Assembly (NCBI GenBank): GCA_026414305.1
Contig: JAOAJH010000005.1
Coordinates: forward strand, 1,612-65,611
Direction: 5' to 3'
DNA: 64,000 nt
Source: Candidatus Aenigmatarchaeota archaeon
GTDB taxonomy: Archaea > Aenigmatarchaeota > Aenigmatarchaeia > CG10238-14
Shown here: positions 20,170 to 29,919 of the stretch, piece after piece
Layout: the number at the start of each line of letters is the position of its first letter
How positions within the stretch are numbered: position 1 is the first letter of the stretch
Made by a program: the position numbers and the translations under genes
The notes under the pieces: generated by a model
The model's input: the letters and a program-made list of their open reading frames with translations, nothing else
Told to the model about the DNA's origin: nothing
The model's database searches: none

Positions 20170-21230
20170 AAGTAGTGATTGTCGGGTTTGATCCTGGAAC
20201 CAGGGCTGGCATTGCAATTTTGGATACATTTGGAAGGGTGATTTTTCTTTCCAGCAAAACAAACGCAGGCATTGCAACATTTTCCAAAATAATAACAAGC
20301 CACGGCAAACCTTTGATTGTTGCTACAGACAGAAAACCTGTTCCAAAAGGCGTTGAAAAGCTTGCAAAATCAGTTGGTGCAAAATTGTTTGTTCCCGAAG
20401 ACTCTATGAGTGTCAAAGAAAAGGAAGAGCTGGTAAGAAGATTTAACATAAAAATAAAAAACGATCATGAAAGAGATGCTCTTGCCGCTGTCGTCAAGGC
20501 ATACAAAAACTATGCAAACCTTCTCAGAAAGATATACATTTCCACTAGCAGCTTGGGTTTGAATGAAAAATACAATGAAATAGTTGAAAACATAATATTT
20601 GGAAGGGCTGACAACATTGATGAGGCAATAAACCTTGCTTTGTCTCCAAAAATTGCCGAGAAAAAAATTGAAAAGCCTACCGAAAAGCCTGTTGCTGCTA
20701 AAAAAGATACATCAAGATTGGAAAAGGATATTGAAATTCTCAAAAGATTCAACCAAAACTTGCTTAAAGAGAATGCACAACTGGTTGAAATGTTAAACAA
20801 GAACAGAGTCAGCAGCAATGACGGTTTGAAAAAGCAAATTGATGAATTGAGAAGATATTTGGATCTTGCTAAAAATTATAGGAGAATGGAGATTGAAAAG
20901 AAAATCCCTTTAATAGAAATTGAAAAAATTGACATAAACCTTTTGGGCAAGCTTGATGAATACATTGATCTTGCTGATAGAGTTGTTTTTGTCAAAAGAC
21001 CTGCTAATTTGCAGGAGCTAAATGAATACAAGATTGGAGCAGCAGTTGTGACTCAAGACGTTGAAAGATCAAAGCTTGATTTCCCAGTTATAATGATAAA
21101 AGAAAGGGACATAAAAGACTCGGGTGGAATAAAATACATTGAAAAGGAATTTTTTGACCAAACAATAAAGGATGCTCGAAAAGAGGGCTTGAAAGAATGG
21201 GTAAAAGAATACAGAAAAAGAAGGATTTGA
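20157..21230 (+). CDS. DUF460-like archaeal protein, predicted RNase H-like/RuvC-like fold
   Basis: N-terminus MKVVIVGFDPGTRAGIAILD resembles the DUF460 N-terminal motif (recollection). It overlaps the hef nuclease ORF by 13 nt. Confidence 0.4.
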   Translation: MEKMKVVIVGFDPGTRAGIAILDTFGRVIFLSSKTNAGIATFSKIITSHGKPLIVATDRKPVPKGVEKLAKSVGAKLFVPEDSMSVKEKEELVRRFNIKIKNDHERDALAAVVKAYKNYANLLRKIYISTSSLGLNEKYNEIVENIIFGRADNIDEAINLALSPKIAEKKIEKPTEKPVAAKKDTSRLEKDIEILKRFNQNLLKENAQLVEMLNKNRVSSNDGLKKQIDELRRYLDLAKNYRRMEIEKKIPLIEIEKIDINLLGKLDEYIDLADRVVFVKRPANLQELNEYKIGAAVVTQDVERSKLDFPVIMIKERDIKDSGGIKYIEKEFFDQTIKDARKEGLKEWVKEYRKRRI

Positions 21231-21730
21231 AATCTGCCTTTTTGTTTTTGTTAAAGCTAAATTTGTTTTTGCTGCCGTTTTACGCTATAATTTATTTTGA
21301 TGTCACATATTATCCTCTTCAGATAGCATTTTCATGGGTTGTACTATTTTTAACCAATCTTATGGGTTTTAATGTAAAAATGGACGGTGCAATGCTCTAC
21401 ATAGGGGAAAGTAATTATCCTGTATACATTTCATTTGATTGCATAGGATGGAAATCTAGCTATTCTTTGATTGCACTTGTTTTGGCCTCTCCGGGTCTTG
21501 TTAGAAAAAAGGCTGCTTTTATTGCAAAATGGGTCCCTGTGATCATAGCAATAAACATAGCAAGAGTTGTCATCGCAATTGGTTCTGGTGTTTTGATAAA
21601 TTTTGAATTCATGAAAGCGCTTCATGATTACATACTGCAGCCTGTAATGATATTAATTGTATTCCTTGTGTGGTCTGGGTATATCAAAAGTCTAAGCAAG
21701 GAGGACAAAATTTATAGTATCAGAAAATAA
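21197..21730 (+). CDS. Short exosortase/archaeosortase-family protein
   Basis: 177 aa, about 5 TM. Candidate catalytic Cys in DCIGWKSS, Arg in LVRKK, and NIARV matching the conserved NxxRV motif of exosortases. His in ALHDY. Confidence 0.5.
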   Translation: MGKRIQKKKDLKSAFLFLLKLNLFLLPFYAIIYFDVTYYPLQIAFSWVVLFLTNLMGFNVKMDGAMLYIGESNYPVYISFDCIGWKSSYSLIALVLASPGLVRKKAAFIAKWVPVIIAINIARVVIAIGSGVLINFEFMKALHDYILQPVMILIVFLVWSGYIKSLSKEDKIYSIRK

Positions 21731-21799
21731 AATATTATAAGGTGGTTTTTTATCAAAGAAACAGAGATAAAAACAAGGATTTTAGAACTTGAAAGAAAG

Positions 21800-22945
21800 A
21801 TGGCTGAACTCAGCCTTGACACAGAAAAATTGAAAAGAGATTTTGATGACGTATGGGGTATTGTCCCTCATATTAAAGGAAAAGTTGAAGACATTGAGCT
21901 AAACACAGATGTTCTTATTTTGGGAGTTAATGATTTGAAGGATGGATTGAGTGAATTAAGTGACAGGGAAAGAGACATTGAAAACAAATTCAAAGAATCC
22001 TCAAAGGAAAATGCTGACAAGTTTCAAACATTGAAAGCTGACATCGGAAAGCTTACTGCAGCCATTGAAAGTAGCAGAACAACATATGAATCGCTGCTTA
22101 AATCAACAGAAGACAAGATTGAAAGTGATGTCAACATTTTAAGAGAAACAATAAACAAGACAAGCGGGCAAGTTGATTTGCTGCAAAAAAACATTGATTC
22201 TATGACAGCAAATGTCAAATCATTGCAAAAAGTAGTGGAAATGACTGACAACACGGCTTTGATGAAACAAATAGACGGATTAAATTTGAAAATAGTAAAC
22301 CTCAATGTTGCTCTCGAGCAATTAAAGGCAGCAATACCAGATACAAGCGTGTTGTCGAAAGACATAAGCACACTGAGCGGAAAAATACAAAACATGCAAA
22401 TGAATTTGATGGATGTGAAGAATGATCTTGCTGAAAAAGAGAAAAGATTGACATTAAGCGAGGTTGAAATTGAAAAGATTAGAACCGCTACAAGAAATAC
22501 CCTTGACCAAATAAATGAAAGGTTAAAAGAGCAGGAGGAAAAATTCATAAAGGCAAAAAACCTTGATGTTCTTGCGACATTTGGCGTTGAGGCGAGAAAG
22601 AGGACAAAGGAAATAGAGTCTGCAAAACTCCAAGTTGAAGCAATGTTCAAAAGCATGCAAAAAATGTATTATGAATTTAACAGAAAGATGTACGAGCTTG
22701 CAAGCCTAAGGGCAGAGGTGATAAAGCTCAAAGAGGACGTAGGCAAGCTGAAATTTTCTTTAGAAAAGACTAGAAAAGATGACAGCATGGAATCATTTGC
22801 TCATTTAATAGAAGACACAAGAAAGGCTATGGCTACTCCTGACAAAGCTCTGGTTGACATAATGGAAAGAATAAAGCTGATAGAGGAAAGAATTGCTCTT
22901 ATGAATGTCTCAAACAACAACCGCACACCCGTTGTAATAGAATGA
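21800..22945 (+). CDS. Long coiled-coil protein
   Basis: 381 aa, rich in heptad-like E/K/L segments. No catalytic motifs seen. Confidence 0.5.
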   Translation: MAELSLDTEKLKRDFDDVWGIVPHIKGKVEDIELNTDVLILGVNDLKDGLSELSDRERDIENKFKESSKENADKFQTLKADIGKLTAAIESSRTTYESLLKSTEDKIESDVNILRETINKTSGQVDLLQKNIDSMTANVKSLQKVVEMTDNTALMKQIDGLNLKIVNLNVALEQLKAAIPDTSVLSKDISTLSGKIQNMQMNLMDVKNDLAEKEKRLTLSEVEIEKIRTATRNTLDQINERLKEQEEKFIKAKNLDVLATFGVEARKRTKEIESAKLQVEAMFKSMQKMYYEFNRKMYELASLRAEVIKLKEDVGKLKFSLEKTRKDDSMESFAHLIEDTRKAMATPDKALVDIMERIKLIEERIALMNVSNNNRTPVVIE

Positions 22946-22966
22946 TTTTAATTTGAAAATTGATTT

Positions 22967-25009
22967 ATGCTTATGAAAGATCAGATTGTGCTATTGGCAG
23001 AAAAGCCGCAGGCTGCTATGAAAATATCGCTTGCTCTTTCTGAAGGAAATGTAAAAAGAAAATACAACAACAACACATATTGGTTTGAGTTTGAAAGAAA
23101 CGGGTTAAAGCACATATGCGTTCCTGCTGTGGGCCATCTTTTTGTTCTAGACACGCCGTCAAAAAAATGGGATTATCCTATTTTTGAGATGAAATGGATA
23201 CCTGCGTTCAAGAAAAAGCACGCAAAATTCACAGAAAGCTATTATAAAAACATTGAATTGTTCAAAGAATGCCCAAATGTAATAGTATGCTGCGACTATG
23301 ACACAGAAGGCGAGGTTATTGGTTACAACATAGTCAGGTTCATTTTTGGATTGAATAATGCTAAAAGGATGAAATTTTCCACTCTCACAAAGCAAGACAT
23401 AATAGAATCTTATGAAAATGTCATGAAAGAAATTGATTTTGGCCAAGCAAATGCAGGATTAGCAAGACATTATCTTGACTTCATGTGGGGCATAAATACA
23501 ACCAGGGCTCTTAGCATGTCAATGAAAAAAGTCAGCAAAGGCTTCAAAGTAATTTCAACTGGAAGAGTCCAAGGTCCTATGCTAGCGATATTGGTTAGAA
23601 GGGAAAAGGAGATAGCATCATTCAAACCAGAGCCGTATTGGGAAATAAAGCTCACTGCACTGAAAAATAAAAATGAAATAAACGCAGAGTATGAAAAGAC
23701 AATATGGAATGGAAATGATGCAAGAGAAATTTATGAAAAGTGCAAAGGTAAAGAAGCTATAGTTGCTGACGTAAAGAAAAAAGTGCAAAAAATACTGCCA
23801 CCTGTACCATTTGACACTACAACGTTACAGACAGAAAGCTACAGATTTTTGGGAATGTCTCCCATGCAAACATTAAGCGTTGCAGAATCTCTTTACACAC
23901 AAGGATACATATCATATCCAAGAACAAGCAGCCAGAAATTACCTGAAAAGATAGGATACAAGCAGATAATAAATGCAATTTCAAAAATTCCCAAATTCAA
24001 AAACGCATTATCGCTTTTACAAACGCCTCTAAAACCTAGAGAAGGTGAAAAAACAGATCCATCTCATCCTGCAATATATCCTACAGCGCAAATTCCTGAC
24101 TTGGGAAAATTAAGCGTACAAGAAAAAAGGCTTTATGAGCTCATCGTCAGCAGATTCCTCGCTGTTTTTGGCGAATCAGCAGAAAGGCAAGTTGTCAAAG
24201 TTGATTTTGATGTTAATGGATACAAATTCATTGCTAACGGCTATAAAACAATGAAACTTGGCTGGATTATATTCTATCCATACTCTCAACTAAAAGAAAT
24301 TGAAATGCCTGAATTGATTATAGGTGAAAAATTAAAGGTGAAAAAGCTTTCATTGGTTGAAAAGCAAACAAAACCTCCTGACAGATATACCCAAGCATCC
24401 ATATTAAAGGAAGCTGAAAAACACAATTTAGGAACAAAGGCTACAAGGGCCCAAATATTACACACGCTTTATGAGAGAGGTTATATTGTCGGCAGCAGTA
24501 TCAAAGTCACAGAATTGGGAATGGCTGTTGTTGATGCTTTGGAAAAGTATTGCCCAGAAATAATTGACGTAAATCTTACTGCAAAATTCGAGCAGGAAAT
24601 GGAATCTATAAGGGAAGGTGGAAAAAGTGTTGATGAAGTTGTTGATGAAGCAAAAGAATATTTGGATAAAATCTTTGACGAATTCAAAAAAAATGAGGAA
24701 AGCATTGGAAAAGTGCTTTTAGATGCAAACAAAAATTTTGAGGAAGAAAAAAGGACTGTTGGTGAATGCCCTCTGTGCAAAAACAAGCTGAAAATAATAT
24801 TTTCAAGAAAAACAGGCAAAAGGTTCATAGGTTGCTCTAATTACAGCAAAGGTTGCACTTTTTCAGCACCATTGCCTCAAAAAGGCGATGTTTATGTTAG
24901 CGATAAGACATGCAAGGAATGCTCATATCCAATGGTAGTGCTGAAATTCAAAGGCAGAAAGCCTGTATATTCTTGCATAAACATGCAGTGCAAAACAAAA
25001 TCAACATGA
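22967..25009 (+). CDS. topA: Type IA DNA topoisomerase (TopA / topo III-like) with C-terminal zinc ribbons
   Basis: Toprim LLAEKP. Active-site Tyr region GYISYPRTSS, compare E. coli GYITYMRTDS. C-terminal Cys clusters CPLCKNKL...C..C and CKECSYP...CINMQC. Confidence 0.8.
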   Translation: MLMKDQIVLLAEKPQAAMKISLALSEGNVKRKYNNNTYWFEFERNGLKHICVPAVGHLFVLDTPSKKWDYPIFEMKWIPAFKKKHAKFTESYYKNIELFKECPNVIVCCDYDTEGEVIGYNIVRFIFGLNNAKRMKFSTLTKQDIIESYENVMKEIDFGQANAGLARHYLDFMWGINTTRALSMSMKKVSKGFKVISTGRVQGPMLAILVRREKEIASFKPEPYWEIKLTALKNKNEINAEYEKTIWNGNDAREIYEKCKGKEAIVADVKKKVQKILPPVPFDTTTLQTESYRFLGMSPMQTLSVAESLYTQGYISYPRTSSQKLPEKIGYKQIINAISKIPKFKNALSLLQTPLKPREGEKTDPSHPAIYPTAQIPDLGKLSVQEKRLYELIVSRFLAVFGESAERQVVKVDFDVNGYKFIANGYKTMKLGWIIFYPYSQLKEIEMPELIIGEKLKVKKLSLVEKQTKPPDRYTQASILKEAEKHNLGTKATRAQILHTLYERGYIVGSSIKVTELGMAVVDALEKYCPEIIDVNLTAKFEQEMESIREGGKSVDEVVDEAKEYLDKIFDEFKKNEESIGKVLLDANKNFEEEKRTVGECPLCKNKLKIIFSRKTGKRFIGCSNYSKGCTFSAPLPQKGDVYVSDKTCKECSYPMVVLKFKGRKPVYSCINMQCKTKST

Positions 25010-25621
25010 AAATTCTGATGCGCCTGAAACTGTGTTGTTAAAGCATGTGACTATGTTGTTTGAAAATGTGTAGTATGTCTTTGATGATGTTGTGTTTCTA
25101 AATCTCAAGCAGCAATAGTCTCTTACATAGTTTGTTATGTAATTTGTCTTCAACTGATCAAAGTTTGACTGAATGTTGTTTCTGTCGTTTGTTGTCCTGC
25201 TTAGATCATCCTTGCATTTGTCATACTTGTCTGACATGCTTGAGTATTTTGATTCCAAATCGCTGTATTGATCCTCACATTTTGACAGATCCCTAGAGCA
25301 TATTGTCAATCTGCTATCTAAAGCAGTTTTATCGCTTTGGCATGTGTTTAAACTTGAAACTTTGTTTTGCAAATTCAAGTTGCACGTTTCAAGATCAGAA
25401 TTGAATTGCTGTCTGTCATTTATACAGTTTTGAAGGTTTGTTGACAAAGCAGTAACATTGTTTTCAAGAACTTTGGCATAATTGCCTGTTTTCACTGAAA
25501 CGCCGACTAGGCCTATTATTAGAATTATCAAAGCTGTAACAAGAACCCACACATTCATAAACCTTGAAATAGGATTATCGCTGCTATACATGCCCCAGTA
25601 ATTTTTCCATTGTCTCAGCAT
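25001..25621 (-). CDS. Hypothetical membrane-anchored coiled-coil, Cys-containing protein
   Basis: N-terminal TM VWVLVTALIILIIGLVGV, then a coiled coil with spaced Cys residues. Confidence 0.35.
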   Translation of the reverse strand: MLRQWKNYWGMYSSDNPISRFMNVWVLVTALIILIIGLVGVSVKTGNYAKVLENNVTALSTNLQNCINDRQQFNSDLETCNLNLQNKVSSLNTCQSDKTALDSRLTICSRDLSKCEDQYSDLESKYSSMSDKYDKCKDDLSRTTNDRNNIQSNFDQLKTNYITNYVRDYCCLRFRNTTSSKTYYTFSNNIVTCFNNTVSGASEFSC

Positions 25622-25645
25622 TTCATCACTTCTATTTTATATTAA

Positions 25646-25975
25646 TTATTTTTCCGATTTAAAGCTAATTTTTACTTCTGGCGGATGTGGTGGAGTGTTC
25701 ATTATATCCATGGCATATTCTATTGCTTTTGATCCTCTTAATGTTAGCACATAAGAGTTTCCTTTTTTTGTTATAAAACCGTTTTCTAACAAACAGTTTA
25801 TGTGCTTGTATACTTCGCTGCTGCCTATTGGTATTCCTGCCCTGTCAAACCATTTTGTTATCATTGTATAACCCATTGGTTCGCTTTGTAAAATAAACAA
25901 CAACAAAAGTCTTTTTCCTGAGGCAAATGTTTGGCTCACATCAAAAATGTCCTGAATTGTTTTTTCGTTCATCAT
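25646..25975 (-). CDS. Small winged-helix DNA-binding protein (putative transcriptional regulator)
   Basis: wHTH-like YKHINCLLENGFITKKGNSYVLTLRGSKAIEY. Confidence 0.4.
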   Translation of the reverse strand: MMNEKTIQDIFDVSQTFASGKRLLLLFILQSEPMGYTMITKWFDRAGIPIGSSEVYKHINCLLENGFITKKGNSYVLTLRGSKAIEYAMDIMNTPPHPPEVKISFKSEK

Positions 25976-26044
25976 AATAATTACTTTTATGTAAATAAAG
26001 TTTATAACCTTTTAGTAGAAAAGAATTTAAATTAATTTAAAATT

Positions 26045-26782
26045 TTATTGAACCGGTAAGCACCGGTTATCATACCAATAGCAATATCCTACTACACCAT
26101 TACATGTAAATCTATCAGTAAATGAACTACATCTAATACAACAACAATCCTGAAATATGCTACATTGGGTTTGGGAATAACCCAAACTACAACCGCCTTG
26201 ATCAGTACACATACCAAAATCATAATTTATAGATTTACAATATGAATCACATTCCGAATCTAATATTGTGGTTGGAGTTACAATTGTTGTTCTTGTCGCG
26301 GTTCGAGTGGTTGTAGGGCCAGTTGGTGTTGATGTTGTTAATGATGGTGTTGATGTTGTGGTTCTTGTTGTTGTTGGAGTTCGAGTGGTTGTTGTTGTGG
26401 TTATAGTATAGTCAGGATAATGATAAAAAACAATAGATGTTGATGTTCCTTTGCCAATGACAGTCATTCTATAATCTCCTTCTGGTAAGCTTGTCAAATC
26501 AATATTTATCACACCTGATTTAAACGGCTCTATTTGTCCACCCTCAACTGTAGCAGGATACTGTTGCCCATTAACCAAAACTTTTAGATCTTGGCTTGAA
26601 AGCGGCTTGTCACCATTATTTGAAACGATTATCTTGTTAGGCAAAACATCATGAATCTCAATATTTCCAGAAGTTTTTACATCAACAACATTCCTAAAAA
26701 AATTATATCCAACTGCTGCCAAGCTTATTGTTATTGTAACAAGAAGCAAGCTTGCTATTACAGTAGAAATGCCTTTCATCAA
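26045..26782 (-). CDS. Secreted protein with a beta domain, poly-Thr linker and Cys-rich C-terminal domain; possible class III (type IV pilin-like) signal peptide
   Basis: N-terminus MMKGISTVIASLLLVTITISLAAV resembles KG|(S/A/I) prepilin-type signals. Thr-rich stretch TTTTTRTPTTTRTTTSTPS, and the C-terminus carries 14 Cys. Confidence 0.5.
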   Translation of the reverse strand: MMKGISTVIASLLLVTITISLAAVGYNFFRNVVDVKTSGNIEIHDVLPNKIIVSNNGDKPLSSQDLKVLVNGQQYPATVEGGQIEPFKSGVINIDLTSLPEGDYRMTVIGKGTSTSIVFYHYPDYTITTTTTTRTPTTTRTTTSTPSLTTSTPTGPTTTRTATRTTIVTPTTILDSECDSYCKSINYDFGMCTDQGGCSLGYSQTQCSIFQDCCCIRCSSFTDRFTCNGVVGYCYWYDNRCLPVQ

Positions 26783-26897
26783 AACTAATTTTAATTTTTT
26801 AATATTTAATTTTTTGTAGAAGAAAAAATGCTATTTCTAAGTGATAAATATTTAAAATTAACATTTAAATATTTGTTATCAAATTAAAAGTGATTGT

Positions 26898-27983
26898 ATG
26901 GCTATAAGATATGATACAAAACAGTCAAGGACAAAAAAAATTGATGAAGAATTAAAACAGCTTTTGGATTCTAAATTGAGCAAAATAAAAATAATTGGTT
27001 GCGGTGGCTCTGGCAATAATACTATAACAAGATTGATGGAAGCTGGAGTTGATGGCGCTGAAACAATTATAATAAACACAGACGCACAAGATTTGCTTTA
27101 TTCTGATGCTCATACAAAGATTTTGATTGGAAAAAATCTGACAAAAGGATTAGGTGCTGGTGGTGATCCGCAAGTTGGCATGGAAGCTGCAAAGGAAAAC
27201 AGAGAAGATATAAAAAAAGCTTTGGAAGGAAGCGACATGATATTCATAACATGTGGTTTAGGAGGCGGCACAGGCACAGGATCTGCACCAGTTGTGGCTG
27301 AAATTGCAAAATCAATGAACATCCTAACAGTCGGCGTTGTCACATTGCCATTCAGCATGGAAGGCCAAGTTAGAATGAGAAATGCTTTGCAAGGTTTGAA
27401 GCAGTTAAGAAATAATGTTGACACTCTTGTAATAATTCCTAATGACAAACTGCTTGAAGTTTTGCCTGATGTTTCAATTCACAAAGCATTTTATGCACTT
27501 GATGAAATTTTGGTAAATGCTGTCAAAGGAACAGTTGAATTGATAACAAAACCAGGCCTAGTCAATCTTGACTTTGCTGATGTTAAAAGTGTTATGAGAA
27601 ATGCTGGCTTAGCAATGATAGGTTTAGGTGAAAGTCATTCAGAGTCAAGAGCAATTGAATCTGTTACAAAAGCTATGAATTCGCCTTTCTTGCCTGTTGA
27701 AATAAATGGAGCATCAGGCGCTTTGATCAGCATAGTAGGTGGCCCTAACTTGACATTAAGCGAAGCAAATGAAATTGTAAAAGAAGTCGCTGAAAAGCTT
27801 GAAGAAGACGCAAAGATCATATGGGGTGCAAAGCTTGAGGATACGATGAAGGACAAAGTAAGGACAATGATAATAATAACAGGTGTAAAGGAAAAGGAAG
27901 TGTACGGACAAATAAACATGGTTCAGGCTTTGACAAAAACAAACAGATTGCAAGAGATTTTAGACATAAAGTTTGTTAGCTGA
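26898..27983 (+). CDS. ftsZ: Cell division GTPase FtsZ
   Basis: Tubulin signature GLGGGTGTGSAPVVAEIAK and N-terminal IKIIGCGGSGNN. Confidence 0.85.
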   Translation: MAIRYDTKQSRTKKIDEELKQLLDSKLSKIKIIGCGGSGNNTITRLMEAGVDGAETIIINTDAQDLLYSDAHTKILIGKNLTKGLGAGGDPQVGMEAAKENREDIKKALEGSDMIFITCGLGGGTGTGSAPVVAEIAKSMNILTVGVVTLPFSMEGQVRMRNALQGLKQLRNNVDTLVIIPNDKLLEVLPDVSIHKAFYALDEILVNAVKGTVELITKPGLVNLDFADVKSVMRNAGLAMIGLGESHSESRAIESVTKAMNSPFLPVEINGASGALISIVGGPNLTLSEANEIVKEVAEKLEEDAKIIWGAKLEDTMKDKVRTMIIITGVKEKEVYGQINMVQALTKTNRLQEILDIKFVS

Positions 27984-28047
27984 TTGTACAATAAGCATTT
28001 TTACAAATTCTTGATTTTATATTATATTCAAATATCTTGAAAAAAGA

Positions 28048-29919
28048 TCAGCTCTTTCTCTTTTTGCTACCTTTCCACCCTTTGCCAGGAATCCAACCAG
28101 TCTTTTTCAACTTTGGATAATAAAACCAAAGTGCTATTGCTATCATAACAGCTGCTATTGCAACAGCAACCCATTTAAGCATAGGAAGCAGGCTCAACCC
28201 CGTCATTGGTTGCTTTTGCGGTAGCGTAGTCGTTGTCACAGTAGGTTCTATTGGTTGTTTTTCTTTTTCCTTTATTTGCAGATACATTGTTCTGCTATAA
28301 GTTCTTGTTCCAAAGTCAGAACTTGATGCAAATTTTAAGACAACCCTGTATGTGTATATGTTCGCATTTTCAGGTATTGTAAAGTGCAAACGGAAGTTTT
28401 TAGTCTGGTTTGATTCTAGCAATGATATTTCTTTTGGCTCTATTCTATACCAGTTAACATTCAAGCCGTCTGCCTCTATTATTGGTGTGATCGAATATAT
28501 TGGATAATTCAAAGGATTGTAAAGGCTTATGTCAACAGAAACGCTTTCCCCCTGCAAAAGCTCTATCTTTTCAGCAACAGTTATGTTAATGTCGCCTTGC
28601 TGCCTGACTATATGCTCTAATGTTGTTGACGTAGAGCTACCTGACCCTGTGTTTTGAGATGGTAATGATTGGTAAGATAAAACATATGTTTTTGTCAACT
28701 GATTATTGGTTTCATCCCTTTCAAACACAACGTCATTTGAATCTGCAAATACTTTTATTTCATGTTGACCTTTTAGTATGTTGATTATTTTTATATCAAA
28801 AGAGTATTCTTGATTCTGATCAAGCGATTGAACTGTCCTTTCGCTCAACAAAACTGAATCAAAGTATGTAGATATTTTGAAATTTCTAGCAACAAAATTG
28901 CCTGCATTTTGCACTGTTATTTTCACATCAAGATCTTTTCCCTCTTCCAAATCATTCAGAAATCTTATTTCCTTGACAACTAAATCTGGCATTCCTCTTA
29001 GCATACCATTGTCATAAATATAATCATATTTGCCATCAGCATCAACATCAATTGCATAAACATTGCCGCCAAGGTTTCTAAGATTTGTAATTATTCCTCG
29101 CGATGTGTCCCAGAATTTTTCATAGATGCCGTCTCTGCCTAAATCTACTAGAAACTGCCTTGTGCCGTCGCCATATATGCTTATTTCAAGCAAGCTGTAA
29201 TCCCCTGTGAATGTCTGGCTAGGCGCATCTATCAAGCTATTGTACAAAACCCAATTAACAGCATTCTTGAATGCCAACTCAGCTTCATCTGTCCAGTAAA
29301 GCGGCTCTGTTATTCCGAAAAAGACGATTCTTGATGATGTAACTTGATTGTTAAGCAATACAGTTCCTGGCTCTGCCGTTGCTATAACAGCATATGTAGG
29401 CGAACTCACAGATGCTGTTGCGTTTAGCACAGATCTTGTCATTTCAACATTCAGCACAGGCTTGCCTTCAATGATGTGCGTTCTCACTCTGCTGTTTATG
29501 TCATATTTGTAAAATACATTTTGGTTGTCTAAAACCTGCACATACAAGGGTCTGCTTGAAAATACAGTGCCAATTGCGCCTGGCTGAATCCAACCAAAAT
29601 CATCTGGATAAGCAGAATCAATTACGACCGATGGCTTGTTATTTACAGGCAAGCTTGCAACAAAGCTGTCCAAGTGTTGATAGCTATAAACATTTGATGG
29701 CCTTCCTGCTATGACAATTGCGTCAAACGAATTCATGTTGTAGTTTTGATAATTGCTTCCGTCAATCAAAACAACATTATGTCCCATTGAAAGTAGGACA
29801 CGATTGACTCTGTGCTCATGAACATAATCAACATCAGCCGCATTTTTCACTATCAATGCTATGTTTGCCGCGCTTGACATTGGTATTAGCATTAACAGCA
29901 ATAAAACATACCATCTCAT
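28048..29919 (-). CDS. Large secreted beta-rich protein with CARDB-like segment and C-terminal TM anchor plus basic tail
   Basis: Signal peptide. DLDVKITVQNAGNFVARNFKI CARDB-like segment. C-terminus LSLLPMLKWVAVAIAAVMIAIALWFYYPKLKK. Confidence 0.55.
   Translation of the reverse strand: MRWYVLLLLMLIPMSSAANIALIVKNAADVDYVHEHRVNRVLLSMGHNVVLIDGSNYQNYNMNSFDAIVIAGRPSNVYSYQHLDSFVASLPVNNKPSVVIDSAYPDDFGWIQPGAIGTVFSSRPLYVQVLDNQNVFYKYDINSRVRTHIIEGKPVLNVEMTRSVLNATASVSSPTYAVIATAEPGTVLLNNQVTSSRIVFFGITEPLYWTDEAELAFKNAVNWVLYNSLIDAPSQTFTGDYSLLEISIYGDGTRQFLVDLGRDGIYEKFWDTSRGIITNLRNLGGNVYAIDVDADGKYDYIYDNGMLRGMPDLVVKEIRFLNDLEEGKDLDVKITVQNAGNFVARNFKISTYFDSVLLSERTVQSLDQNQEYSFDIKIINILKGQHEIKVFADSNDVVFERDETNNQLTKTYVLSYQSLPSQNTGSGSSTSTTLEHIVRQQGDINITVAEKIELLQGESVSVDISLYNPLNYPIYSITPIIEADGLNVNWYRIEPKEISLLESNQTKNFRLHFTIPENANIYTYRVVLKFASSSDFGTRTYSRTMYLQIKEKEKQPIEPTVTTTTLPQKQPMTGLSLLPMLKWVAVAIAAVMIAIALWFYYPKLKKTGWIPGKGWKGSKKRKS

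Noticed and set aside
22024-22656. 210-aa minus-strand ORF
   Set aside because: It lies entirely antisense within the coiled-coil gene 21800-22945. The low-complexity translation suggests an artefact of codon bias.
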